A stretch of DNA of 64,000 nucleotides from an uncultured Hyphomicrobiales bacterium (GTDB taxonomy: Bacteria > Pseudomonadota > Alphaproteobacteria > Rhizobiales > Xanthobacteraceae). How positions within the stretch are numbered: position 1 is the first letter of the stretch; each line of letters opens with the position of its first letter. Location: the NCBI GenBank assembly GCA_964575175.1, contig CAZNPX010000006.1, positions 28,578 to 92,577 on the forward strand, given 5' to 3'. A program made the position numbers and the translations under genes. Below the pieces are notes generated by a model. It was not told the origin of the DNA, searched no databases, and saw nothing but the letters and a program-made list of their open reading frames with translations. This document shows, one piece after another, positions 1 through 10,145 of this stretch.

Positions 1-950
1 CCCATGGCGGCTCCGATTTCGGCCATGTCGGCATGGCGCTGGTCTGCGAGGAAATGGGCCGCACGCTTGCGGCCTCCCCTTTCCTCTCGACCGCGGTGAT
101 GGCGGCAACCGCCCTGCGCCGCGGCGGCTCGGAGGAGCAGAAGAAGAAATGGCTTCCCGCGATCTCGGACGCCAGGGCGATCATCGCGCTCGCGGTCGAT
201 GAAGGCCGCAAGCACGCGCCGGAGAAGACGGCGCTGAAAGCCGAGCTCTCCGGCAATGCATTCCTGCTGAACGGCGAGAAGTCCTTCGTCGTGGACGGCC
301 ATGTCGCGGACGCCATCATCGTCGCCGCGCGCACCGCGGGCGAGCCCGGCGACAGGAACGGCATCTCGCTCTTTCTCATCGATGCGAAGGCGCCCGGCGT
401 TTCGGTCGAGCGCGTCATCGGCGTCGACAGCCGCAACAACGCGCGGATCAAGTTCGAGAACGTGACCGCCGTCGATGCGCTGGGCGAAACCGGGAAGGGT
501 TTCGCGTTGCTCGAGAATGCATTGAACGCCGGCCGCACCGGCGTTTCGGCGGAGCTGCTCGGTGTCGCAGGCGAAAGTTTCGACCGCACCGTCGCCTTTC
601 TCAAGGAGCGCAAGCAGTTCGGCAAGCCGATCGGCTCGTTTCAGGCGCTCCAACACCGCGCGGCGCATCTTTTCGGCGAGATCGAACTCCTGCGCTCGCT
701 CGTGCTTGCGGCCTGCGTCACCCTCGACAAGAGCCCGGACGCCGCCGACAGCGCGGTAAGCGCTGCAAAGTATAAAGCCTGCGAGGTCGGCCGGCTCGCG
801 GTTTCCGAGGCGGTGCAGATGTTCGGCGGCATGGGCATGACCGACGAAGTCGACATCGGTCTCTTCATGAAGCGCGCTCGCGTCGCGCAGGAGCTGCTCG
901 GCGACGCCTATTTCCACGCCGACCGCTTCGCGCAAAGCCAGAAATTCTGA
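1..950 (+). CDS. acyl-CoA dehydrogenase family protein, C-terminal part (5' end lies left of the window)
   Basis: Frame of ORF 33..950 stays open back to base 3 (HGGSDFGHVGMALVCEEMG...). ACAD-type C-terminal helical domain (RKQFGKPIGSFQALQH, QMFGGMGMTDE). Confidence 0.85.
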   Translation, partial: HGGSDFGHVGMALVCEEMGRTLAASPFLSTAVMAATALRRGGSEEQKKKWLPAISDARAIIALAVDEGRKHAPEKTALKAELSGNAFLLNGEKSFVVDGHVADAIIVAARTAGEPGDRNGISLFLIDAKAPGVSVERVIGVDSRNNARIKFENVTAVDALGETGKGFALLENALNAGRTGVSAELLGVAGESFDRTVAFLKERKQFGKPIGSFQALQHRAAHLFGEIELLRSLVLAACVTLDKSPDAADSAVSAAKYKACEVGRLAVSEAVQMFGGMGMTDEVDIGLFMKRARVAQELLGDAYFHADRFAQSQKF

Positions 951-977
951 CAAACAAGAAGTAATAAGAGGAACGCA

Positions 978-1904
978 ATGACCATTCGCTTCGACAATCG
1001 CGTCGCCATCGTTACCGGCGCCGGCAACGGCATCGGCAAATCCCACGCGCTTTCGCTTGCCGCGCTCGGCGCCAAGGTCGTCGTGAACGATCTCGGCGGC
1101 ACCCGCGACGGCTCTGGCGGATCGCTTTCGGCGGCCGAAACCGTGGTGCAGGAAATCAAGGCCAAGGGCGGCGAAGCCATCGCCAACGGCGCCAACGTTG
1201 CCAAGTATAATGAAGTCGAAGCGATGATCGAGGAGGCCAAGAAGAAATGGGGCCGTGTCGACGTGCTCGTGAACAATGCCGGCATCCTGCGGGACAAGAC
1301 CTTCGCCAAGATGGAGCTCGAAGACTTCCGCACCGTGCTGGAAGTGCACCTCATGGGCTCGGTGAACTGCTGCAAGGCCGCGTGGGAGACCATGCGCGAG
1401 CAGAATTACGGACGCATCGTGCTCACCTCTTCCTCTTCCGGCCTGTTCGGCAATTTCGGCCAGTCGAACTATGGCGCGGCGAAAGCGGCCATGGTCGGCC
1501 TGATGAACGTGCTTCACCACGAAGGGCAGAAATTCAACATCCGCGTGAATACGCTCTCGCCGACGGCGGCGACACGCATGACGGAAGAGCTGCTGCCGCC
1601 GAACGTGCTCCAGCTCATGCAGCCAGAAGCGATCACCCCCGCCGTACTTTATATGGTGAGCGAGGACGCCCCTTCCCGCACCATCATGGGCGCCGGCGCC
1701 GGCGTCTATTCGGTGATCCGCATCGTGGAAACGCAGGGCGTCTATTTCCCGCCGGAAGAGCGCACCCCCGACGCCATCGCCGCGAAATTTGCGGAGATTT
1801 CCGACATCAATACCGCGCAGGCGCTGGAAGGCGCGTTCCAGCAGACGCAGAAATATGTCGCGATGGCCGCCAAGGCGGCAGGCATCGACCTGTCGAAAAA
1901 GTAG
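978..1904 (+). CDS. SDR family oxidoreductase (MFE-2-type 3-hydroxyacyl-CoA dehydrogenase-like)
   Basis: 308-aa ORF with TGAGNGIGK Rossmann motif, NNAGI, and S...YGAAK catalytic pattern. AAGAGGAA SD-like run upstream. Confidence 0.85.
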   Translation: MTIRFDNRVAIVTGAGNGIGKSHALSLAALGAKVVVNDLGGTRDGSGGSLSAAETVVQEIKAKGGEAIANGANVAKYNEVEAMIEEAKKKWGRVDVLVNNAGILRDKTFAKMELEDFRTVLEVHLMGSVNCCKAAWETMREQNYGRIVLTSSSSGLFGNFGQSNYGAAKAAMVGLMNVLHHEGQKFNIRVNTLSPTAATRMTEELLPPNVLQLMQPEAITPAVLYMVSEDAPSRTIMGAGAGVYSVIRIVETQGVYFPPEERTPDAIAAKFAEISDINTAQALEGAFQQTQKYVAMAAKAAGIDLSKK

Positions 1905-1946
1905 CCTGCGCCGTCATTCGCTTTCGCGCGACGCTGCGCTAGACTC

Positions 1947-3794
1947 ATGTCCATGAGCCAGACGCAGCACTTCGACGACGCCGGGAAACTTGCCGGCGCA
2001 ATCGCCGCAAAAACGGGGCGCGAGATCACGCTCGCGCTCCCGCTTGGCCTCGGCAAGGCAAATACGGTGGCCAACGCGATCTATGCGCGCGCGGCGAGCG
2101 ACGCATCGCTGACGCTGAACATCTTCACCGCACTCACGCTGCAACGGCCGAGCGTTTCGGGGCTTGAAGCGCGCTTCATCGATCCGGTACTCGACCGGCT
2201 GTTCGGCGGCTACCCCGAGCTTGCCTATGCCCGCGCGCTCAAAAGCGGCACGCTGCCGCGCAACATCCATGTCAGCGAATTCTTCTTTCTTGCCGGGCGG
2301 TGGCTCGGCAGCGCGCTCGCGCAGCGGCATTACATTTCCGCCAACTACACCCACGCTTTCCGCTACGTGCTCGACCGCAACGTGAACGTGATCGCGCAGC
2401 TCGTGGCCAAACGCGTCGTTAACGGAGAGACCCGCTACAGCCTCTCCTGCAATACCGATCTCACGATCGATCTGCTGCAAGCCCGCCGCGAGGGTCGCGC
2501 GGATTTCGTTCTCGTCGCGGAAGTGAACTCCGAACTTCCTTTCATGCCGGGTGACGGCGACCTTCCCGAAAGCGCTTTCGACTTCGTCTATGAGAATCCA
2601 AAGACGGATTTCCCGCTGTTCGCGCCGCCGAAACAACCGGTGCCGCTTACGGCCTATGCCATCGGCCTGCATGCGGCGACGCTCGTGGAAGACGGAGGCA
2701 CGCTGCAAATCGGGATCGGCGCCGAGGGCGACGCGGCCGCGCATGCCCTGATCCTCCGGCAGAAGCAGAATGCAGCATTTCGCGAGACGATCTCCGCGCT
2801 CTCCCCGCAACTGCGGGGCGAATTCGGCGCCTTTCAGACCGGGCTCTACGGCGCGACGGAAATGTTCGTGGATTCCTTTCTCGACCTGATAGACGCGGGC
2901 GTCGTGAAGCGCGAGGTCGACGGCGTGCTCCTCCACGGCGGCTTCTTCCTGGGACCGAAGAACTTCTATCGGCGCCTGCGCGAGATGACGGATGCGGAGC
3001 GCGCGAAACTCCAGATGAAAGCCGTTTCCTACGTCAATCAGCTCTACGGCGACGAGGAAAGAAAACGCGCGGCGCGCGTCAAGGGGCGTTTCATCAACAA
3101 CGGGATGATGGCCACCCTGCTTGGCGCCGTCGTTTCGGACGGGCTTGAGAACGGCCTCGTCGTAAGCGGCGTCGGCGGCCAGTATAACTTCGTGGCGCAG
3201 GCTTTCGCGCTCGAAGGCGCTCGCTCCATCATCTGCGTGAATGCGACGCGCGGCTCCGGCGCAAAGACGCAATCCAATATCCGCTGGGCTTACGGGCACA
3301 CCACGATCCCGCGGCATCTGCGCGACGTCGTCGTCACCGAATATGGCATCGCGGACCTGCGCGGAAAATCCGACGAGGACGTGATCGCCGAAATGCTTTC
3401 GGTGACGGACTCGCGCTTTCAGGAAGAGTTGCTGCGCGAAGCCAAAAAGAACAACAAGATTTCCAAGGATTACGAAATCCCGGCGGCGTTCCGCGACAAT
3501 ACGCCCGAACGGATCGAGAAAGCGCTCGCACCCGCGAAAAAAAGCGGCCTGCTGCCCGACTTCCCGTTCGGCAGCGACTTCACCGAAACCGAAATCCAGC
3601 TCATCCCCGCGCTGCAACTACTGAAACAGAAATCCGCAGCGCCCTTGCAGCTTGTTCCGCTCGCGCTGCGCGGACTGTTCGCGCCGAAGAACGCGGAGCA
3701 CGACGCCGCCATCGAGCGAATGGGACTGAGCCAGGCAGCGGCGCTGAAGGACAAACTTTATCGGATGCTGCTGCGCGGGGCGTTGCGCGGCTAG
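1947..3794 (+). CDS. acetyl-CoA hydrolase/transferase family protein
   Basis: 615-aa ORF with a C-terminal GVGGQYNF-type motif characteristic of acetyl-CoA hydrolase/CoA-transferase C-terminal domains. Confidence 0.75.
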   Translation: MSMSQTQHFDDAGKLAGAIAAKTGREITLALPLGLGKANTVANAIYARAASDASLTLNIFTALTLQRPSVSGLEARFIDPVLDRLFGGYPELAYARALKSGTLPRNIHVSEFFFLAGRWLGSALAQRHYISANYTHAFRYVLDRNVNVIAQLVAKRVVNGETRYSLSCNTDLTIDLLQARREGRADFVLVAEVNSELPFMPGDGDLPESAFDFVYENPKTDFPLFAPPKQPVPLTAYAIGLHAATLVEDGGTLQIGIGAEGDAAAHALILRQKQNAAFRETISALSPQLRGEFGAFQTGLYGATEMFVDSFLDLIDAGVVKREVDGVLLHGGFFLGPKNFYRRLREMTDAERAKLQMKAVSYVNQLYGDEERKRAARVKGRFINNGMMATLLGAVVSDGLENGLVVSGVGGQYNFVAQAFALEGARSIICVNATRGSGAKTQSNIRWAYGHTTIPRHLRDVVVTEYGIADLRGKSDEDVIAEMLSVTDSRFQEELLREAKKNNKISKDYEIPAAFRDNTPERIEKALAPAKKSGLLPDFPFGSDFTETEIQLIPALQLLKQKSAAPLQLVPLALRGLFAPKNAEHDAAIERMGLSQAAALKDKLYRMLLRGALRG

Positions 3795-4622
3795 TTACTT
3801 GCAGAGCGTATGATAGCGCTCGATGCAGGTTTTGAGCACTTCCTCGCCGGGACGCTTCCACCAGTCGGCGGCGGAGAAGATTTCCACTTCCTGCGGACCG
3901 TGAAAGCCTGCGGCTTCGATCATGCGGCGGAAACCTTTGAAATCGATCACGCCGTCACCCATCATACCGCGGTCGAGCAGCATGTCTTTCGTCGGCACCA
4001 GCCAGTCGCAGATATGGTGCGCGAAAATGCGCTGCTCGCGGCCGGCGCGGGCGATCTGCTCCTTCAGCTCCGGATCCCACCACACATGATAGGTGTCGAT
4101 GGCAACGCCGACGTCGGGTCCGAGCTGGATCGCGATATCGAGCGCCTGTTTCAGCGTATTCACGCAGGCGCGGTCGGCGGCGTACATCGGATGCAGCGGC
4201 TCGATCGCGAGCGGCATTTTCGCGCCGCGCGCATGCGGAAGCACCGCCGCAATGCCTTCGGCGACCTGCGTGCGCGCGCCAACCATGTCCGTCGAGCCTT
4301 GCGGCACGCCCCCGACGACGAGCACAAGGCAATCGGCGCCGAGCGCCTGCGCTTCGTCGATCGCGCGCTTGTTGTCGTCGATCGCGGCCGTCCGCCCTTT
4401 TGCGTCACTTGCCGTGAACATGCCGCCGCGACAATAGCCGGTAACCTGCATGCCGTTGTCCCGGATGACCTTCGCGGACTCATGCAGGCCGAATGCGGCC
4501 ACCTGATCGCGCCAGGGATCGACGGCTGAAATACCGAGCTTCGCGCAGGCTTCGACGGCTTCGCCGAGATTCCACTGCTCACGCACGGTCGCGAGATTGA
4601 TCGAGAGGCCTTCCGCGTTCAT
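3795..4622 (-). CDS. sugar phosphate isomerase/epimerase (xylose-isomerase-like TIM barrel)
   Basis: 275-aa ORF with typical family layout (LSINLATVREQW..., IEPLHPMYAADRACVNTL..., IDTYHVWWDP). Last gene of the operon starting at operator A. Confidence 0.8.
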   Translation of the reverse strand: MNAEGLSINLATVREQWNLGEAVEACAKLGISAVDPWRDQVAAFGLHESAKVIRDNGMQVTGYCRGGMFTASDAKGRTAAIDDNKRAIDEAQALGADCLVLVVGGVPQGSTDMVGARTQVAEGIAAVLPHARGAKMPLAIEPLHPMYAADRACVNTLKQALDIAIQLGPDVGVAIDTYHVWWDPELKEQIARAGREQRIFAHHICDWLVPTKDMLLDRGMMGDGVIDFKGFRRMIEAAGFHGPQEVEIFSAADWWKRPGEEVLKTCIERYHTLCK

Positions 4623-4627
4623 TCCAA

Positions 4628-5800
4628 TCAGCCAATACCGTGAACGGCCAGCAGCTTCTTCATGCGCGAGGCGGCGAGCTCGGGGTCATGCAATACGCGC
4701 GCCTTGTCTGCGAGACGGAACAGCTCGGAAAGATGCTGCATGGAGCGCGCGCTCTCCTGCCCGCCGATCATCAGAAAGTGATCCTGCTGGCCGTTGAGCC
4801 AGGCGAGAAACACGATGCCGGTTTTGTAGAAGCGCGTCGGCGCCTTGAAGATGTGGCGCGAGAGCGGAACTGTCGGCTCGAGGATTCCGTGGAAACCTTG
4901 CAGGTCATTCTTCGCAAGGCGCGCAAGACCGGCGGATGCCGCCGGCGCGATGCCGTCGAAAATGCCGAGCAGCGCGTCGGAGTAGCCTTCGTCGTCGCCT
5001 GCGATCAGTTCGGCATAGTTGAAATCGTCGCCGGTGTACATGCGCACGCCCTTCGGCAGGCGGCGGCGCATCTCGATTTCCTTTTCCTTGGAGAGCAGCG
5101 AGATTTTCACCCCGTCCACTTTGGCGGCGTTGCGCGCGATGATGTCGAGACAGACATCCATCGCCGCATGGTGATCGTCCGAGCCCCAATAGCCCTTGAG
5201 CGCGGGATCGAACATTTCGCCGAGCCAATGCAGGATCACGGGCTCCTTCACCTGCGAAAGAATGCGGTCATAGACGCGCTTGTAGTCCTCGGGACCTTTG
5301 GCGGCGTAAGCAAGCGCGCGGCTCGCCATCACGATCAGGCGACCGCCGAGCTTTTCGATTACTTCGATCTGCTCTTCATAAGCGCGGATGACGTCGTCCA
5401 CCGAAACGTCCGGGCCGGGCGTGATGTGATCGGTGCCGCAGCCACAGGCGATCTTCACGCCCGAACGCGACTTCGCGGCTTCCAGCGCACGCCGCATCAA
5501 TTCCTGCGCGCCGCTCCAGTCGAGGCCCATGCCGCGCTGCGCAGTGTCCATGGCCTCGGCAACGCCAAGGCCGAGATCCCAGAGATAATGACGAAACGCG
5601 ATCGTGCGGTCCCAGTCGATGGCGGGATCGACCCACGGATCGTTGTCCGCGAGCGGATCGGCGACGACATGGGCGGCAGCAAACGCCACGCGATTGAAGG
5701 AGGCGATTTCCTCCTTCGAGGGAAACTGGATCGGCTCGCCGGTCGTGTAGGGCGAGAGTTTGCGATCAAGACCGGGCAGCGAAAGCGTCGCCATCGTCAC
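4628..5800 (-). CDS. DUF993 / dihydrodipicolinate-synthase-superfamily protein
   Basis: 390-aa ORF. GTG at 5800 overlaps the upstream stop (GTGA); alternative ATG at 5794. The N-terminal pattern (RVAFAAAHVVADPLADNDPW...IDWD.TIAFR..LW..GLGVAEAMDTAQRGMGLDW) matches what I recall of the DUF993 family. Confidence 0.7.
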   Translation of the reverse strand: MTMATLSLPGLDRKLSPYTTGEPIQFPSKEEIASFNRVAFAAAHVVADPLADNDPWVDPAIDWDRTIAFRHYLWDLGLGVAEAMDTAQRGMGLDWSGAQELMRRALEAAKSRSGVKIACGCGTDHITPGPDVSVDDVIRAYEEQIEVIEKLGGRLIVMASRALAYAAKGPEDYKRVYDRILSQVKEPVILHWLGEMFDPALKGYWGSDDHHAAMDVCLDIIARNAAKVDGVKISLLSKEKEIEMRRRLPKGVRMYTGDDFNYAELIAGDDEGYSDALLGIFDGIAPAASAGLARLAKNDLQGFHGILEPTVPLSRHIFKAPTRFYKTGIVFLAWLNGQQDHFLMIGGQESARSMQHLSELFRLADKARVLHDPELAASRMKKLLAVHGIG

Positions 5801-6951
5801 ACCTTCAGTTCAGGAACATCGAGCCAGCGGCGCTCGGCCCAGCTCTTCAGGCCGAGCTCGGCAAGCTGCACGCCCTTGGCGCCTTCGAGCAAATCGAACT
5901 TCCACGGCGTGCCTTCCATGAGGTGCCGGATGAAGCCTTCCCACTGCACCTTGAAGCCGTTGTCGTAAACCGTGTTGTCCGGCATCTCTTCCCATTGCTC
6001 CTGGAATTTCATGGTCTGCGGCTCGTCGGGATTCCAGACCGGGCGCGGCGTGTTCACGCGATGCTGGGTCCAGCAGCGCGTGAGGCCCGCGACCGCCGAG
6101 CCATGCGTGCCGTCGGCATGGAAAGTGACGAGATCGTCGCGGCGCACGCGCGTCGCCCAGGAAGAATTGATCTGCGCGATCACGCCGCCCTCGAGTTCGA
6201 AGGTGGCGTAAGCGGCATCATCGACGTCGGCGCTATAGGGCTTTCCCGCCTCGTCGATGCGCGTCGGAATATGGGTGGCGCCGAGGCAGCTCACCGCCTT
6301 CACGTTGCCGAACAGATTGTCGAGCACGTAACGCCAGTGGCAGAGCATATCGAGAATGATGCCGCCGCCGTCGGCCTTGCGGTAATTCCAGCTCGGGCGC
6401 TGCGCGGGCTGGCCCCAGTCGCCCTCGAATACCCAGTAGCCGAACTCGCCGCGCACGGAGAGCAGCTTGCCGAAGAAACCGGATTCCTTCAGCAACTGCA
6501 TCTTGCGCAGGCCCGGCAGGAACAACTTGTCCTGCACGACGCCGTGCTTGATGCCCTTCTGCTTCGCGAGCTTCGCGACGGCGAGCGCCTTGTCGAGCGA
6601 ATCCGAGATCGGCTTCTCGCAATAGACGTGCTTGCCGGCGTTGATCGCGCGCGTGAGCAGATCGGTGCGCATCTGCGTGGTCGCCGCATCGAAGAAGACC
6701 GTGTCGTCAGAATTCTTCAGCGCCGCATCGAGATCCGAGGTCGAGCGCTCGATGCCATATTGTTTCGCGAGCGCCGCTACCTTCTCGGCATTGCGGCCGA
6801 CCAGGATCGGATCGGGCATCACGCGGTCGCCGTTTCCGAGCACGACGCCGCCCTGCTTCCGGATCGCGACGATGGAGCGAACCAGATGCTGGTTCAGGCC
6901 CATGCGTCCCGTCACGCCGTTCATGATGATGCCGAGGCGCTGCGTCGCCAT
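5797..6951 (-). CDS. Gfo/Idh/MocA family oxidoreductase
   Basis: Start reset to ATG 6951 (MATQRLGIIMNGVTGRMG Rossmann N-terminus), preceded by a GGGAGAG SD. The longer ORF-track start at 7011 would run through the 16-bp operator palindrome. Confidence 0.85.
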   Translation of the reverse strand: MATQRLGIIMNGVTGRMGLNQHLVRSIVAIRKQGGVVLGNGDRVMPDPILVGRNAEKVAALAKQYGIERSTSDLDAALKNSDDTVFFDAATTQMRTDLLTRAINAGKHVYCEKPISDSLDKALAVAKLAKQKGIKHGVVQDKLFLPGLRKMQLLKESGFFGKLLSVRGEFGYWVFEGDWGQPAQRPSWNYRKADGGGIILDMLCHWRYVLDNLFGNVKAVSCLGATHIPTRIDEAGKPYSADVDDAAYATFELEGGVIAQINSSWATRVRRDDLVTFHADGTHGSAVAGLTRCWTQHRVNTPRPVWNPDEPQTMKFQEQWEEMPDNTVYDNGFKVQWEGFIRHLMEGTPWKFDLLEGAKGVQLAELGLKSWAERRWLDVPELKV

Positions 6952-7003
6952 ATTCGCTCTCCCGGAATGTTTTGCTGCAATGGCCGTTCGTTCGCGGCCG
7001 TAA

Positions 7004-7019
7004 GTAACCAATTAGTTAC
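7004..7019. promoter_or_regulatory. 16-bp palindrome GTAACCAATTAGTTAC (operator copy A)
   Basis: Near-perfect inverted repeat 53 bp upstream of the Gfo/Idh/MocA start. Two further copies at 12155 and 15292, each in a promoter region. Confidence 0.55.
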
Positions 7020-7106
7020 AAGTACGACGAGGCCGGTTTTCCGTCAATAGCGGCCCTTCCGAGCATGACCGTTTCCGAAAGCGGTATCCACTTTTCGGGA
7101 TCATGT

Positions 7107-7772
7107 TCAGGGCCGGAGGTAGCTCAGCACGACGTCAAGCAGGTGCTTGCCGCGCGCATCGAGATATTGCGGTGCCGTAAGATCACGGCCGAAGATGGTG
7201 GAGAGCGTGTAACGGTTCGACATGTAAAAGAAGCCGAGCGCCGCAATGGAGATATAGAGATCGACGGGATCGACGTCCTTGCGGAATACCTTCGCCTTCG
7301 CGCCACGCTGCAACAGGTCGCCGATCATCCCGACCAGCGGCGAATGCAGCTCCCGGATTTTCTTCGACCGCTTGAGATAGGCGGAGCGATGCAGGTTTTC
7401 GGTGGCGAGCAGGCTCAGGAATTCGGGGTGGTTGCGGTAATAGCTCCAGGTGAATTGCACCAGCTCGCGCATGCCCTCGATCGGGTCGCGCTTGCCGAGG
7501 TCGAGCTTGATCTCCTCCGAGCGGATCGCGGCATAGGCCGCCTCCAGCACCGCAAGATAGAGGCCGTCCTTGTCTCCGAAGTAGTGATAGATCATCCGCT
7601 TGTTGACGCCGGCACGCTCGGCGATCTCGTCGACGCGCGCGCCGCCCAGGCCCTTCTCGGTGATCTCCCCCGTCGCGGCCGCGAGAATCACGGCGCGCGT
7701 GCGCTCGGGATCGCGCGCATTGCCGCCTGCGCGTTTGGCCGTGGCTTTCTTCGTGGCGGCTGCCGTTGCCAT
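7107..7772 (-). CDS. TetR/AcrR family transcriptional regulator
   Basis: TetR HTH (RTRAVILAAATGEITEKGLGGARVDEIAERAGVNKRMIYHYFGDKDGLY). ATG 7772 overlaps the stop of the upstream oxidoreductase by 1 nt (TGATG). Confidence 0.85.
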   Translation of the reverse strand: MATAAATKKATAKRAGGNARDPERTRAVILAAATGEITEKGLGGARVDEIAERAGVNKRMIYHYFGDKDGLYLAVLEAAYAAIRSEEIKLDLGKRDPIEGMRELVQFTWSYYRNHPEFLSLLATENLHRSAYLKRSKKIRELHSPLVGMIGDLLQRGAKAKVFRKDVDPVDLYISIAALGFFYMSNRYTLSTIFGRDLTAPQYLDARGKHLLDVVLSYLRP

Positions 7773-9376
7773 CAGTGCAATGCCCTCAGCCGTTCGGAAA
7801 TCGCCGGCGGCGCCCAATCGGCCCTGACGCCGTGATCCGCGAGAATCACCTGCGCCGCGTTGTAGCCGGGAAGCCCGGTGACGTTGCCGCCGGGATGGCT
7901 CGACGATCCGCAGAGATACAAATTCGAAATATGGGCGCGATAGCTGCCCGCGCCGGGGAACGGACGATCGTGACCGATCTGTCCGTGGGTAAAGGCGCCG
8001 ATCAGAAGATCGGCTTCACGCATGTTGGGCAGTTCGCGCTCGACATCCAGCGGCGAACGGGTGAAGGCGTCGATCACCGCGTCTTCGAGGTTGGGCGCGT
8101 GCTTGCGCCAGAGCGCGAGCATCTTCCGGCCGTGCTCGTCCTTCGCGGCATCCCAATTTTTCGGATCGCCGTGCAGGCGGTACGGCAGCTTCTCCCACAT
8201 GAAGGCGGCGTGCTTTCCGGCCGGCGCCTGCGACGGGTCGAACAAGGACGGGGTCGCACCCCACATCACCGTATCCGGCACCGTGCCCGCTTCATGATGG
8301 CGGACGATGTCGTTGAACTGATCGACGTGATCGAGCCCCATGATGACCATGAAGGCATTTGCCAGCGCAGGATTTTGCCTCGCCGCCTCGTATTGCGGCG
8401 CTTCGCTGAGATTCAGATGCAACGCGAACAGCGGCGCCAGCAGATTGTACTGAAACCTGGAAGCAAGATCGCGGATTTCGCGCGGAACCAGCGTCTCGTC
8501 GAGCAGGTCGAGGAAGGTCTGGTGCGGGTTCAGCGCGGAAGCAACGAAACTCTTCGCGCGAAGCAGTTCGCCCTGCTTCGTCTCGACGCCGACCGCCTTG
8601 CCGTTTTCCACGACGATCCGCGCGGGCTCGGTAATGAGACGGATTTCGCCGCCGCTCTCGATCACCGCCTTTTCAAGCGCGCGCGCGAGCGCGGCCGTGC
8701 CGCCGCGCGACATCTGCGCCTTGGCGGGCGACGCGAGCAGCGCGGCGATATGATGGCCGAAGCCCTTGACGCGCAGGTCGACCTCGCGAAGGCCGTTGAA
8801 GAAAAGCAGGCCCGCCTTCACCGCCGGGTTCTCGAATTCCTGATGTACGAACTCGAGCGGCGAGAGCGCGCTCACTTCGAGCAGCCTGCGGCCGGCCGCG
8901 CTTTTCTCGAGCAGCGCACGGCGTTCGGCCGCCGGCAGCGGCGGCGATTTCGCCTCCCAGGAAAGAATATCGCGCACGATGGGCACGAAGTCGCTTTGCC
9001 AGCGCTTCAGCGTTTCGGCGTCCTTCTTCGAGAAATTCTCGAAGGACGCCACCGTGCGCCCGATATCGGTCCACCATTCGAGCGAGCGGTTGCCGCTCGT
9101 GATCATCGCGACGTTCAGCTCGGGCTCGATGTAATGCGCGCCGTGGCGGGCAAGATCGAGATCGGCGTACCACGGCATCTGCGTGATCGCGCGCTGGAAG
9201 AATGCGTGCGTGTTGTGGAGAAAGCCCGGAAGGCGCGGGTCTTCCATCGTTTCCAGCCCGCCGCCGGCGATATGGCGGCGGTCGATCGAAAGCACCTTGA
9301 AACCGGCCTTGCCGAGATAAGCCTGCAAGACAAGCGCGTTGTGACCCGCGCCGATGATGATGCCGTCCCAGCTCAT
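7772..9376 (-). CDS. phytoene-desaturase-family NAD(P)/FAD-dependent oxidoreductase
   Basis: 534-aa ORF with an N-terminal dinucleotide fold (DGIIIGAGHNALVLQAYLGKAGFKVLSIDRR). ATGA overlap with the upstream ABC ATPase gene. Confidence 0.8.
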   Translation of the reverse strand: MSWDGIIIGAGHNALVLQAYLGKAGFKVLSIDRRHIAGGGLETMEDPRLPGFLHNTHAFFQRAITQMPWYADLDLARHGAHYIEPELNVAMITSGNRSLEWWTDIGRTVASFENFSKKDAETLKRWQSDFVPIVRDILSWEAKSPPLPAAERRALLEKSAAGRRLLEVSALSPLEFVHQEFENPAVKAGLLFFNGLREVDLRVKGFGHHIAALLASPAKAQMSRGGTAALARALEKAVIESGGEIRLITEPARIVVENGKAVGVETKQGELLRAKSFVASALNPHQTFLDLLDETLVPREIRDLASRFQYNLLAPLFALHLNLSEAPQYEAARQNPALANAFMVIMGLDHVDQFNDIVRHHEAGTVPDTVMWGATPSLFDPSQAPAGKHAAFMWEKLPYRLHGDPKNWDAAKDEHGRKMLALWRKHAPNLEDAVIDAFTRSPLDVERELPNMREADLLIGAFTHGQIGHDRPFPGAGSYRAHISNLYLCGSSSHPGGNVTGLPGYNAAQVILADHGVRADWAPPAISERLRALH

Positions 9377-10137
9377 TCCATGCCCAACAGGCGATAGATG
9401 CGCCGCGTGTATTCACCGAATTTTTCGGTGTTGCGCATATCGAGGGTCCGCGGCATCGGAATATCGACTTCGAAATTATCCGCCATGCGCGCCGGGCCTG
9501 CGGTCAACACGACGACGCGCGTGCCGAGAAACACCGCCTCGGTGATGCCGTGGGTCACGAAGACGATGGTTTTCTTCGCTTCCTCCCAGATGCGCAGCAG
9601 CTCGAGATTCATCTTCTCGCGCGTGAGCGCATCGAGCGCACCGAACGGCTCATCCATCAGGATCAGCTTCGGGTCATGCACCAGCGCGCGCGCGATCGAA
9701 GCGCGCTGCTGCATGCCGCCGGAAAGCTCATAGGGATATTTTTCCTCGTGCCCCTTGAGGCCGACGAGATCGAGCAGTTCATAGGCGCGCTTGCGCGCAG
9801 AATCCTGCGAGAGGCCGAGAATTTCGGTCGGCAGCATCACGTTGTCGATGATGCGGCGCCATTTCAGCAAAAGCGGCTGCTGAAACACCATGCCGATGTC
9901 CTTCGCCGGATTGAACGGCTGGCTCCTGGTGCCGATCCGCACTTCGCCCGCATCGTGGCCGTGCAGGCCAGCGAGAATCTTCAGCAGCGTGGTCTTGCCG
10001 CAGCCCGAAGGACCGACGAGCGAAACGAGCTCGCCCTGATGAACATCGAAGGTCGCTTCCGACACGGCAAGGAATTCCTTGCCGCGAGTCCGATAGACTT
10101 TCTTCACGCCGGAGAGATGGATAAAGGGTTCGCTCAT
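9373..10137 (-). CDS. ABC transporter ATP-binding protein (NitT/TauT type)
   Basis: Walker A GPSGCGKTT, signature LSGGMQQR, Walker B LILMDEPFGALD. Confidence 0.9.
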   Translation of the reverse strand: MSEPFIHLSGVKKVYRTRGKEFLAVSEATFDVHQGELVSLVGPSGCGKTTLLKILAGLHGHDAGEVRIGTRSQPFNPAKDIGMVFQQPLLLKWRRIIDNVMLPTEILGLSQDSARKRAYELLDLVGLKGHEEKYPYELSGGMQQRASIARALVHDPKLILMDEPFGALDALTREKMNLELLRIWEEAKKTIVFVTHGITEAVFLGTRVVVLTAGPARMADNFEVDIPMPRTLDMRNTEKFGEYTRRIYRLLGME

Positions 10138-10145
10138 AACGCCGC